Shown here: one piece after another, positions 27,915 to 35,827 of the stretch | How the letters are laid out: every line of letters begins with the position of its first letter | Position numbering within the stretch: the stretch's first letter is position 1 | From: Candidatus Heimdallarchaeota archaeon | GTDB taxonomy: Archaea; Asgardarchaeota; Heimdallarchaeia; JABLTI01 | Assembly: GCA_030629105.1 (NCBI GenBank) | Contig: DAOVPS010000001.1 | Location: forward strand, 1-56,867 | Reading direction: 5' to 3' | Length of the DNA: 56,867 bases | Position numbers and translations under genes: made by a program | The notes under the pieces: generated by a model | Told to the model about the DNA's origin: nothing | The model's input: the letters and a program-made list of their open reading frames with translations, nothing else | Databases searched by the model: none

Positions 27915-27962
27915 CGAGAAGTATTTAGATTTGTTTAGCTAGATATTATGTAGTGATTTACA

Positions 27963-28127
27963 ATGGCTTGTATATTATGTAACAAAGATGTAAATGAAGG
28001 CGATAATACTTTAGAAGTCTATACTACAGATAACAAAACTTTAACTGTTTATAAGGACTGCTATGAAGAGTATGTAAAAAATATGTCAATGTGCAGTAGT
28101 TGCAGTTCTTGTCCTGGCTGTGGATAA
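27963..28127 (+). CDS. unannotated 54-aa Cys-rich protein (TRASH/zinc-ribbon-like N-terminus, CxxCxxCxxC tail)
   Basis: Below the ORF-track cutoff. ATG 27963 to TAA 28125-28127 encodes MACILCNKDVNEGDNTLEVYTTDNKTLTVYKDCYEEYVKNMSMCSSCSSCPGCG, with 7 Cys in 54 aa. A TATA-like box lies upstream. A hairpin (28149-28169) and a long T-rich tract (about 28190-28240) lie downstream. Confidence 0.45.
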   Translation: MACILCNKDVNEGDNTLEVYTTDNKTLTVYKDCYEEYVKNMSMCSSCSSCPGCG

Positions 28128-28148
28128 AAAAGAGAAATACTTGAACGT

Positions 28149-28169
28149 ATAGGTTTCTTGGAATCCTAT
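28149..28169 (+). terminator. hairpin followed by a T-rich tract downstream of the micro-ORF
   Basis: ATAGGTTTC-ttg-GAATCCTAT (9 bp with one mismatch), 22 nt after the stop. It is followed by a pyrimidine/T-rich run. Confidence 0.35.
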
Positions 28170-28360
28170 TAGTTATATTTAAAATATAATTTCATTTTTT
28201 ATTTTCTTCTTTCTTTTCTTTCTTTCATTTTGTTTTTTTCCTAAAGTATGTGGTTAAATGTTGAGATGGTAAAGTAAATATAGTGTAAACCTTTTGTTTA
28301 ATTGTAAATTCTAAAAAGAATGTACAGTAAGACTAACTAAGGAAATTGAGGAAATTAATC

Positions 28361-28744
28361 ATGAGTCAATCTATCGACACACGTTTTGAAAAAGAATGCA
28401 ACGTCCTACATGCATTAAATCCCGGTGTGAAATCAGTAATTGTTATTGAATCATCAGGTTTACTTGTGCTAAATTGGACTTCCACTGAGTTAGACACTGA
28501 ATTTACAAGCTCCTATGTTCGTGAGTTTCTCTCTTTGGTAAAAATGACAACAAATCATTATGGAATTGGAGAACCTATTGGCGTTATGCTTGAGGGAGGA
28601 CAAGGATTCTTCTTAGTTTTCAGGACAAATTCAGGTAATTCTATTGTAATTCTAATTAAGGAAGAAACCACTCGATCCACATTACGTTATCGACTTATGA
28701 AGGATTTCTCCAGTCGTGTTGAAGATATCTTAGTCAATTTCTAG
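28361..28744 (+). CDS. Roadblock/LC7 (MglB-like) domain protein
   Basis: LHALNPGVKSVIVIESSGLLVLNW...(helix)...IGEPIGVMLEGGQGFFLVFRTNSGNSIVILIKE...LRYRLMKDF follows the Roadblock alpha-beta-beta-alpha-beta-beta-beta pattern. ATG 28361 has GAGG 9 nt upstream. Confidence 0.5.
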   Translation: MSQSIDTRFEKECNVLHALNPGVKSVIVIESSGLLVLNWTSTELDTEFTSSYVREFLSLVKMTTNHYGIGEPIGVMLEGGQGFFLVFRTNSGNSIVILIKEETTRSTLRYRLMKDFSSRVEDILVNF

Positions 28745-28840
28745 GAGTCTTTATAATAATTATTTTTCATATCCAAGAATGAATAGTTATTTATATTTAA
28801 CATAACGTTCAAGGTATTAGCTGATTATAGAAGGTAGTTT

Positions 28841-29947
28841 TTGTTGAACATTAAATCTCGCAGATATGATAAAGGGTACGTTGCTTTAGTACCTGAAACC
28901 ATTGATGATTTATATGTTCTATATAACATAATTCTGCCAAACGATCAAGTAAAAGCTCGAACGTCCAGAAGAATAAGACAAGTGGATGATGAAGGTCGAG
29001 CAGATAAAGGTGAAAGAGTACCAATGATTTTAACATTGGTAGCTGAAGATGTTAGTTTCCATGAATTTGCTAATAGATTACGTGTCAAAGGAAAGATAAT
29101 TGCTGGTCCGGAAGATCTCATTTCCTTTGGTACTTATCACACAATAAATATTGAAACTGGAACATTAATAACAATCATCAAAGAGTCTTGGTCAAAAATT
29201 GAGAAAAATCGTATAGAAGAAGCAGTTGAGAAGTCTACCAGCGCAAAAGTTTTGATCGTAGCAATTGACGATAGTGAAGCTACATTAGCAGCAGTCAGTG
29301 CTTTTTCTAGTACAATAATTGCTCATTTCAGGGAACGGATACCTAAGAAAACCGGGAGTAAAGAAAAGATTCGAATGGAATATATTCACAAATTCTTTGA
29401 CAAAGTAACTTTTGCTTTAGAGGATGCTTTCGCTAACAAGTTTTCAGATGCATCTGCAATGGTTTTAGCTGGACCAGGTTTTACTAAAGACAATTATTTT
29501 AGACGTTTAAAGGAAAGGAAAAACCAGACAAAAATACCAATTGAAAAAATAATTGTTGAAACTGCTAGCTGTGGAGGACCAAGCGCAATAGGAGAGATCA
29601 TAAGTAAGAATATTCTTGGCAGAATAATCGAAGAAGAACAAGCGAGTTCAGATGCTGTTTATCTTGAGGAAATAATGTCAAGACTTGGTAAGAATACTGG
29701 AACTGTTGCTTATGGTTCTGAAGCAATCCTTAAAGCAATTGAATTTGGAGCAGTTGAAACAATCTTAATTGTTGATAACCAATTGAGATTACGAGATAAG
29801 TCAAAGAGAAAACAATTAGACAAGTTGCTTAGAGATGTACAAAATGCTGGAGGAAAAATCATAATAATGAGTGAGAATCACCAAGCAGGAAAGCAAGTTG
29901 ATAAGTTTGGGGGAAAAATTGCGCTACTACGATTTCCTATGGTATAA
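28841..29947 (+). CDS. pelA: Pelota/Dom34 ribosome-rescue factor
   Basis: YVALVPETIDDLYVLYNIILPNDQVKARTSRRI (Pelota N-domain) plus central and eRF1-like C-terminal domains. TTG start. Confidence 0.85.
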   Translation: MLNIKSRRYDKGYVALVPETIDDLYVLYNIILPNDQVKARTSRRIRQVDDEGRADKGERVPMILTLVAEDVSFHEFANRLRVKGKIIAGPEDLISFGTYHTINIETGTLITIIKESWSKIEKNRIEEAVEKSTSAKVLIVAIDDSEATLAAVSAFSSTIIAHFRERIPKKTGSKEKIRMEYIHKFFDKVTFALEDAFANKFSDASAMVLAGPGFTKDNYFRRLKERKNQTKIPIEKIIVETASCGGPSAIGEIISKNILGRIIEEEQASSDAVYLEEIMSRLGKNTGTVAYGSEAILKAIEFGAVETILIVDNQLRLRDKSKRKQLDKLLRDVQNAGGKIIIMSENHQAGKQVDKFGGKIALLRFPMV

Positions 29948-29952
29948 ATATG

Positions 29953-31314
29953 TTAAATTGTTTCCGCAAAAAATATGTTGTGACGATTTCTCGTAATTCG
30001 TACTTTTATTTTCTTGCCAAGAGAAAGATGATTTGCGTTTGAAATATGAATTAATCTATTTTTAGCTTTTGCAATGACTTCTCCCATCTGCCTACCTAAT
30101 AATACAATTTCAGCATTAACTATCTCGTTAATTTTCATAGGATTCTGGATCATTTCTGTTTTGTAAGTATTAAACATATATGGTTTTAATACCAAATTTT
30201 TCACACCAAATTTCTTCTCAATTTCCCTTAGTTTTTGGTTAAACTCTGCAAATTTCCTTTGTGGTATTCCTTTCAAGTTTCTCCCAACATCATGTGTGAG
30301 ATAATTCTGAATGCCCAGTGTTGGATACTTTGTTTCATTTGAATTTACTTTTAGCGAAAACTGAACGATTTCTTCAATATCTTGATCGTTTATACTTGGA
30401 ATCCAAAGAGGAGCTAAAAGAAGAGAAATTTTTGAATTGACAATATATTCTGCTAATTCAAGCATTTTATCTATTCTATAATCACCTTTTCCTGATAATT
30501 TTTTACTTAAGGAAGAGTTTAGAGCATTAATTGATAGGTTAATTCTTGTAAGTTTAACATCAGCTAATTCATCTATCAATTGTTCTGTCAAGTACCATCC
30601 ATTTGTTTGTATTGAAACAATTTTTGTGTTCTTATTTTCCTGCAATTTCTGAACCAGTTCAGGCAGATATGGATAAGCCATGGGTTCTCCTTGACCATCT
30701 ATATGGGCTTCAGCTTCTTTCAGTTTTTTTTCTGCTACAATGGAATTATAGGTATTAACCAAATAATCAGTATCAACAATGTAATCCCTTAATTTTGTTT
30801 TAGAGATTGGTCCTTCATCCACGGAGCAAAAAGGGCAATTTAATGGGCACCCTGTGATGGGACGAATTTGTAATAGATTCGTTCCTCTATCAATCACACC
30901 AAAATAGATTGACCCAATTAGTGGAATCCCAAACAAGTCATTTGTAATATAGATTAGAGGTTTCTTTGTATCTTTATTACGCAAAGTTTGAGGCAACTCT
31001 TGAGAAATCGTTTGTTGTAAAACACTGATGATTGTTTCTTGATCTAATTTCAATTCAGAACTGAATTCAACAACAACATTTTGTGTTTTGTTTATTCGAA
31101 AATCAATCGAGCTTATGTTTATTGGAAAGTTCTGTGAAAGCTCTAGTTTCAAACTCTCAATATCAATCTTACCGTGCATAACTCCCCTATTAATCTGTAA
31201 AACATTTTCATCTTGTGGAATTGAGAGAGTAAATGGGATATTTTCAGATAAATTAATTTCTATTCTAAAAGCTTTGTTTTTTGATAATTCTTTTTCTGTC
31301 AAAACAAATCCCAT
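29953..31314 (-). CDS. radical SAM protein with an N-terminal extension and a TRAM/OB-like C-terminal tail
   Basis: CxxxCxxC motif in GCPLNCPFCS, and GQGEPMAY. The C-terminal VNAEIVLLGRQMGEVIAKAKNRLIHI...KIKVRITRNRHNIFFAE resembles a TRAM-like domain. Confidence 0.7.
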   Translation of the reverse strand: MGFVLTEKELSKNKAFRIEINLSENIPFTLSIPQDENVLQINRGVMHGKIDIESLKLELSQNFPINISSIDFRINKTQNVVVEFSSELKLDQETIISVLQQTISQELPQTLRNKDTKKPLIYITNDLFGIPLIGSIYFGVIDRGTNLLQIRPITGCPLNCPFCSVDEGPISKTKLRDYIVDTDYLVNTYNSIVAEKKLKEAEAHIDGQGEPMAYPYLPELVQKLQENKNTKIVSIQTNGWYLTEQLIDELADVKLTRINLSINALNSSLSKKLSGKGDYRIDKMLELAEYIVNSKISLLLAPLWIPSINDQDIEEIVQFSLKVNSNETKYPTLGIQNYLTHDVGRNLKGIPQRKFAEFNQKLREIEKKFGVKNLVLKPYMFNTYKTEMIQNPMKINEIVNAEIVLLGRQMGEVIAKAKNRLIHISNANHLSLGKKIKVRITRNRHNIFFAETI

Positions 31315-31414
31315 TCATTTATTTTCCTAAGTTCATCTAAAGTGATAATTAAAACTATGTTAATGTACAAATAAAAACTATTCACAAAAATAGGAATAAA
31401 GAAAGAGTATAATC

Positions 31415-31900
31415 CTAAATTCTGGGTCTAGACTTCAACCAGAAAAATCGCACATACTCCAAGATTTTGAAGAAATCTTCTTTTTGACTAACAGAAACCA
31501 AACTAATATCATGTTTTGCTGGATCGTAAGTTAAAATTACGTCCATGCTTTCTCCTTTATAATCAAGATTTATTACAACTTGTATTTCTTGGATCGTGAC
31601 AGATTTTGCAATAAAATACATTTTTCTGATTGCGTTTAAAACTCGCATAAATGAATCGCCAGTATCCATCTGTTCCAAAACTATGGTTTGATTAACATAC
31701 AAACCATCTTCAATCGCAGTATCGAAAAGTTTTGAGTATTCGCCTATGATAGAATCTGGGAGAGGTGGTAAATCTATTTGTATGAACTGTACTGAACCTA
31801 TACTATTCAGTCTTTGAAGGCCTTCAGTTATTCTATATACGTAAATTTCTGTCTCTGCATCCCAGTCTTCTTCACTGGTTGTCTTTTCTACTTCGGACAC
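31415..31900 (-). CDS. hypothetical protein
   Basis: 161-aa ORF on the same strand as the radical SAM gene and 100 nt upstream of it. No motif recognised. Confidence 0.5.
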   Translation of the reverse strand: MSEVEKTTSEEDWDAETEIYVYRITEGLQRLNSIGSVQFIQIDLPPLPDSIIGEYSKLFDTAIEDGLYVNQTIVLEQMDTGDSFMRVLNAIRKMYFIAKSVTIQEIQVVINLDYKGESMDVILTYDPAKHDISLVSVSQKEDFFKILEYVRFFWLKSRPRI

Positions 31901-32287
31901 TTGGTTTCCTCCACAGTATTATATGCGCATTCAGATTTTATATTTATCTTAAGGTAACAATTGTGTAAATCTCGAAATTATCGCGAAATTTTTGTGTTCT
32001 ATAGTATAATAGCATGTAGGGTTATTTCAAGCTATCTTATAGAATTCCTCAAAATTTTAAACAGCGAGTTAATTAATTATGAGTATTATTAATTAGTGAA
32101 TAATTTATTTGTGTTTTCAGAGTTCATTTTTGATAACTAAGTCAAAATGTATGCCTTAAACCGCTATCCAAAGATACTCGGGTTGAATTTCCAAAAGTGT
32201 AATTTAGAGCACACCGAAATAGATAAAAAACAATAACTATTACTTTTTGTTTCGGTCTACATGTGTTAGTGAATTCCTAACTGAGGT

Positions 32288-33358
32288 ATGTCTAAAATGA
32301 CTAAGAAATATAAAATTGCATTTATGCCTGGCGATGGGATAGGAAATGATGTTTTAGAAGCTACCAGAATTGTAATAGATGAAGGTACAGACTTCAACGC
32401 TGAATTTATCCCTGGTGATATTGGATGGGTTTTCTGGGAAAAAGAAGGCGAGGCCTTACCAGAACGAACTGTTGAAATGTTGAAGGAAACAGATGCCGCC
32501 TTATTTGGTGCAATAACTTCTAAACCAAATGTTCCTGGATATAGATCACCCATTGTTAGATTACGACAAATTTTTAATCTGTACAGTAACATGCGCCCCT
32601 GTAAAGCATATGAGGGAAATCCATTAAATTATCGTGATGATTTAGACTTAGTGGTTTTCAGGGAAAATACAGAAGGGCTGTATGCTGGAATAGAATTTTA
32701 TGATACTACAGAATTACAAGATGTTAAAGTATTCAAAAAATTCGATCCAAAGAAGACAACTGTATCTTGCAGAGTGTTTACTGAGGAAGGTTGTAGAAGA
32801 ATTGTCAAAAAAGGATTTGAATATGCTAAAAAGCACAACTACCCAACAGTAACACTAGTACACAAAGCAAATGTTATTCGAGCTACAGATGGGATGTTTC
32901 TTAGAATTGCTGATGAAGTTGCAAAAGATTATCCTGATATTGAGGTATGGAAACAAAATATCGATGCTATGTGCATGCAACTTGTTAAAAATCCTCAAAA
33001 CTATGGAGTAATTGTAACTACTAATATGTTTGGCGATATTGTCTCAGATCTCACAGCACAACTTGTTGGTGGTTTGGGATTTGCAGCATCTGCTTCAACT
33101 TCAGATTCATTTGCTCTTTTTGAGCCAACACATGGTAGTGCTCCAAAATATGCCGGTAAATATAAAGTCAATCCTATTGCAGCTATTCTTTCAACAATGC
33201 TAATGTTTGATTGGCTTGGTGAAACTGAAATGGCTAAAAAACTAGAAGATGCTATTAAAATAAACCTAAAGGAAGGGAAAGTTAGAACCTACGATTTAGG
33301 TGGTAGCTCTTCAACTTTGGATGTAGCGAAAGATATAGTCCGAATAATGAATAAGTGA
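32288..33358 (+). CDS. isocitrate / isopropylmalate / homoisocitrate dehydrogenase family enzyme
   Basis: IAFMPGDGIGNDV, SPIVRLRQIFNLYSNMRP and NMFGDIVSDLTAQLVGGLG. Substrate not assignable by eye. Confidence 0.85.
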   Translation: MSKMTKKYKIAFMPGDGIGNDVLEATRIVIDEGTDFNAEFIPGDIGWVFWEKEGEALPERTVEMLKETDAALFGAITSKPNVPGYRSPIVRLRQIFNLYSNMRPCKAYEGNPLNYRDDLDLVVFRENTEGLYAGIEFYDTTELQDVKVFKKFDPKKTTVSCRVFTEEGCRRIVKKGFEYAKKHNYPTVTLVHKANVIRATDGMFLRIADEVAKDYPDIEVWKQNIDAMCMQLVKNPQNYGVIVTTNMFGDIVSDLTAQLVGGLGFAASASTSDSFALFEPTHGSAPKYAGKYKVNPIAAILSTMLMFDWLGETEMAKKLEDAIKINLKEGKVRTYDLGGSSSTLDVAKDIVRIMNK

Positions 33359-33428
33359 GGGAATTTTTTCCCCCTTATATCTTCTTTTTTCAGGTTTCAT
33401 AAGGAATCAATTGAAACATGTTCAAGTA

Positions 33429-33442
33429 AAGATTTTTAAATG
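33429..33442 (+). promoter_or_regulatory. BRE/TATA-like box AAGATTTTTAAATG (distal copy)
   Basis: An exact 14-nt copy of the proximal box, 44 nt upstream of it. Confidence 0.3.
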
Positions 33443-33472
33443 GGGGTCAATGTTTCATTTCGTGTTCAAAAT

Positions 33473-33486
33473 AAGATTTTTAAATG
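33473..33486 (+). promoter_or_regulatory. BRE/TATA-like box AAGATTTTTAAATG (proximal, rpl21e promoter candidate)
   Basis: Ends 44 nt upstream of the rpl21e ATG. The same AAGWTTTTWAAA pattern recurs upstream of several genes in the window (37461, 45601, 46381). Confidence 0.45.
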
Positions 33487-33529
33487 CAATCTTAACCAGA
33501 CAAGAATAATAGCATAGAAGTGATGAAGA

Positions 33530-33820
33530 ATGCCTAATTCAAAAGGATACAGACACAGTACTAGAAGACTATTCAGAAAATCCACAAGAGAAAAAGGAAT
33601 GCAACCTTTAGGTAGATTACTAATAAAGTACAAAGTGGGAGATAAAGTAATTGTAAAAATCGATTCTGCGATTCAAAAAGGCATGCCACATCGAAGATAC
33701 CATGGAAAGTTTGGAGTAATCTCAGAAGTTCGTGGAAGAGCCTATGTTATAAAGATTAAAGATGGTAATGCTATTAAACAAATCATTGCAAGACCAGAGC
33801 ATGTTTATCTTGCCAAATAG
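33530..33820 (+). CDS. rpl21e: 50S ribosomal protein L21e
   Basis: MPNSKGYRHSTRRLF...GDKV.VKIDSAIQKGMPHRRYHGKFG is typical of eL21. Confidence 0.95.
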   Translation: MPNSKGYRHSTRRLFRKSTREKGMQPLGRLLIKYKVGDKVIVKIDSAIQKGMPHRRYHGKFGVISEVRGRAYVIKIKDGNAIKQIIARPEHVYLAK

Positions 33821-33870
33821 ATTTTATAGAATGTCAATTATAATAATCACTATTTATTGGTGTGAGCTAA

Positions 33871-34197
33871 ATGCCTAAAGAAACAATAGATAAAAAACCC
33901 GTTTCATTTCCTGAAGTAGTAACCATATTCAACAAAAGAAAGAAAGCAGGAGAGTTAAATTACTTACAACGAATAGCTTTAGAGCATGCACAACGTTCAT
34001 CAAAAATTAATAGTAAGCAAGCGAAAACTTTGATTAAGAAATTAATGACTGAATTTGAGTTAACTGAACAAATCGCAATTAGCATTGTGAATTTCATGCC
34101 TGAGATTATAGATGAACTCCGAGTATTCATTCAAGACGCATCACGGGTTTATTCTACTGAAGAGGTTGAAAAAATGCTTGATTTGCTTAGAGAATGA
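33871..34197 (+). CDS. rpoF: DNA-directed RNA polymerase subunit F (Rpo4)
   Basis: 108 aa with an RpoF-like helical pattern (FPEVVTIF...ALEHAQRSSK...ISIVNFMPEIIDELRVF), in the conserved archaeal position after rpl21e. Confidence 0.8.
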   Translation: MPKETIDKKPVSFPEVVTIFNKRKKAGELNYLQRIALEHAQRSSKINSKQAKTLIKKLMTEFELTEQIAISIVNFMPEIIDELRVFIQDASRVYSTEEVEKMLDLLRE

Positions 34198-34412
34198 ATC
34201 GCTGAAATCACATGGGATCAAAGATTTTTATTAGGAGTTATTTTCTCATCAATTTTTAGCTGTTTTAAAAAGAACTATTTAAATTGGAAACTCTTTAAAG
34301 TAAAATATATCAATATAGAATCAAACAAAATAATAAAAGTAAAATGATTAAATACCTATAAGTGTAAAATATAATATATAATAGCTAAAGTATAGAATAG
34401 TAGTGGGTTCAA

Positions 34413-35081
34413 ATGTCCGATAGAAACTCAAGAAATAGAGACCGCTCTTCCAGCTACGGTAAAAAACAAGACAATTATAGACCAAACTACAATAGGTCTG
34501 AAGGAGGAGATCGAATAGATAAGCAAAGAAAATACGAAGAATATGCGTGGACATTAGCCTATTTATCAGAAGGAAGCCCTACAGATCCTAATCCATTTTC
34601 CCAGAGAGAAGCTGTTATTCAAGCTATTGGTGAAATATGGTTTACTTTGCTAGAGTTAACCCCAAGAAGAGGAGTAAATATCCAACCTTTAGTTAGAATT
34701 GGGATAGGGAAAGAAAATAGAAAAGTCATTAGTCGAATCAAGAGACGAATAGGTTTTGACGATTTAGCATCTTCATCAGAGAGAGTCCTAGAAGAATGTA
34801 TTGTTGAAATCGTCAACAAGCAAGAATTTAGATTCGTTAATTGGTTTAATAAAGCATCACTAGTTACATCTAGAATGCATTCTTTCAAATTATTGCCAGG
34901 TATAGGTACTACACATCTTGAAAATCTAATTTCAGAAAGAACAAAAGTAAATTTCACTTCTTTTGAAGATATAGCTTCTAGAACAAAAGTATCAGATCCT
35001 AGAAAATTAATCATTGCAAGAATAATGAAAGAATTAACCAATCAAGATGAGAAATATCGACTATTCATTAGAAAACCTTAA
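34413..35081 (+). CDS. DUF655-family protein (OB plus helix-hairpin-helix, putative RNA-binding)
   Basis: EEYAWTLAYL...IQAIGEIWFTLLEL and C-terminal LPGIGTTHLENLISERTKVNFTSFEDI. In the conserved position after rpoF. Confidence 0.75.
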   Translation: MSDRNSRNRDRSSSYGKKQDNYRPNYNRSEGGDRIDKQRKYEEYAWTLAYLSEGSPTDPNPFSQREAVIQAIGEIWFTLLELTPRRGVNIQPLVRIGIGKENRKVISRIKRRIGFDDLASSSERVLEECIVEIVNKQEFRFVNWFNKASLVTSRMHSFKLLPGIGTTHLENLISERTKVNFTSFEDIASRTKVSDPRKLIIARIMKELTNQDEKYRLFIRKP

Positions 35082-35083
35082 TT

Positions 35084-35752
35084 TTATTTTCTATTTTCAT
35101 CTAGAATAATATTCACTATATTTGTTAATCTTGCCAGATCGATTTTTTGTGAGACTACTACCCTATTAATAATAAAATCTTGTGAGTTCAAAGGAATCTT
35201 TGAGAGATGCCCAGAGATAAAAGAATAGGATACAATGAAAGTGTTTTTGTTTTCTGAAAGAGTCACAATTAGATGCTCGAATTCCTTCAATGTTATGCTC
35301 TTTGCATCGGGATTTTTGTGATTATTGTCTAAAGCAACGCTAATTAAAGGAATTGGAGTGCTTGCTTTTACAGATAAATCTTCAAATGGATTATTAGCTA
35401 GTCTTATGAACAACCCAGGATTAGCTTCAAACCAAACATTATTTGCAAAATATTTATTGTAAAAAGCCTCGAGGAATTTTTTCTTAGCTTTAAGCAATAA
35501 TGAAGCTAAACTTCTCAACTCAGGACCTAAATATCTAATTGTTGCACTATCAATCTGTATGATATGTGAAACTGGTTTTTCAATAAAAATACGAATAATC
35601 ACTTTCTCTCTTAATGAATGAGAGAGAAAAATTGCATTAGTAACAATTCGAGATAATAATCCAATAGAGCGACGATTTTCAGAAAAGGAAACGTTTAGAT
35701 CTTTTTTCTCATAGTTTAGTTCAGTCAATGAAATTACAAAAATTCTTTGCAT
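35084..35752 (-). CDS. SPOUT-type methyltransferase, TrmY (tRNA pseudouridine54 N1-methyltransferase)-like
   Basis: LLSRIVTNAIFLSHSLREKV and IRYLGPELRSLASLLLKA resemble the DUF358/TrmY family. Assigned by eye only. ATG 35752 is preferred over GTG 35761. Confidence 0.4.
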   Translation of the reverse strand: MQRIFVISLTELNYEKKDLNVSFSENRRSIGLLSRIVTNAIFLSHSLREKVIIRIFIEKPVSHIIQIDSATIRYLGPELRSLASLLLKAKKKFLEAFYNKYFANNVWFEANPGLFIRLANNPFEDLSVKASTPIPLISVALDNNHKNPDAKSITLKEFEHLIVTLSENKNTFIVSYSFISGHLSKIPLNSQDFIINRVVVSQKIDLARLTNIVNIILDENRK

Positions 35753-35827
35753 TGTAATCACATGTGTTAATACTCACTAAAGCATATACAAGAAAAAAGA
35801 AGAGAAACAACTACAAGTTAGATTAGA

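Noticed and set aside
31901-32287. The 387-nt spacer upstream of the IDH/IPMDH-family gene, with CGAAATT direct repeats and an ACCGAAA...TTTCGGT inverted repeat
   Set aside because: The repeats are 7 nt or shorter with long loops, which is not distinguishable from chance in AT-rich DNA.
34619-35041. 140-aa antisense ORF over the DUF655 gene; also 32266..32592, 36039..36545 and 46717..47094
   Set aside because: Each is embedded in a confidently assigned gene on the other strand.
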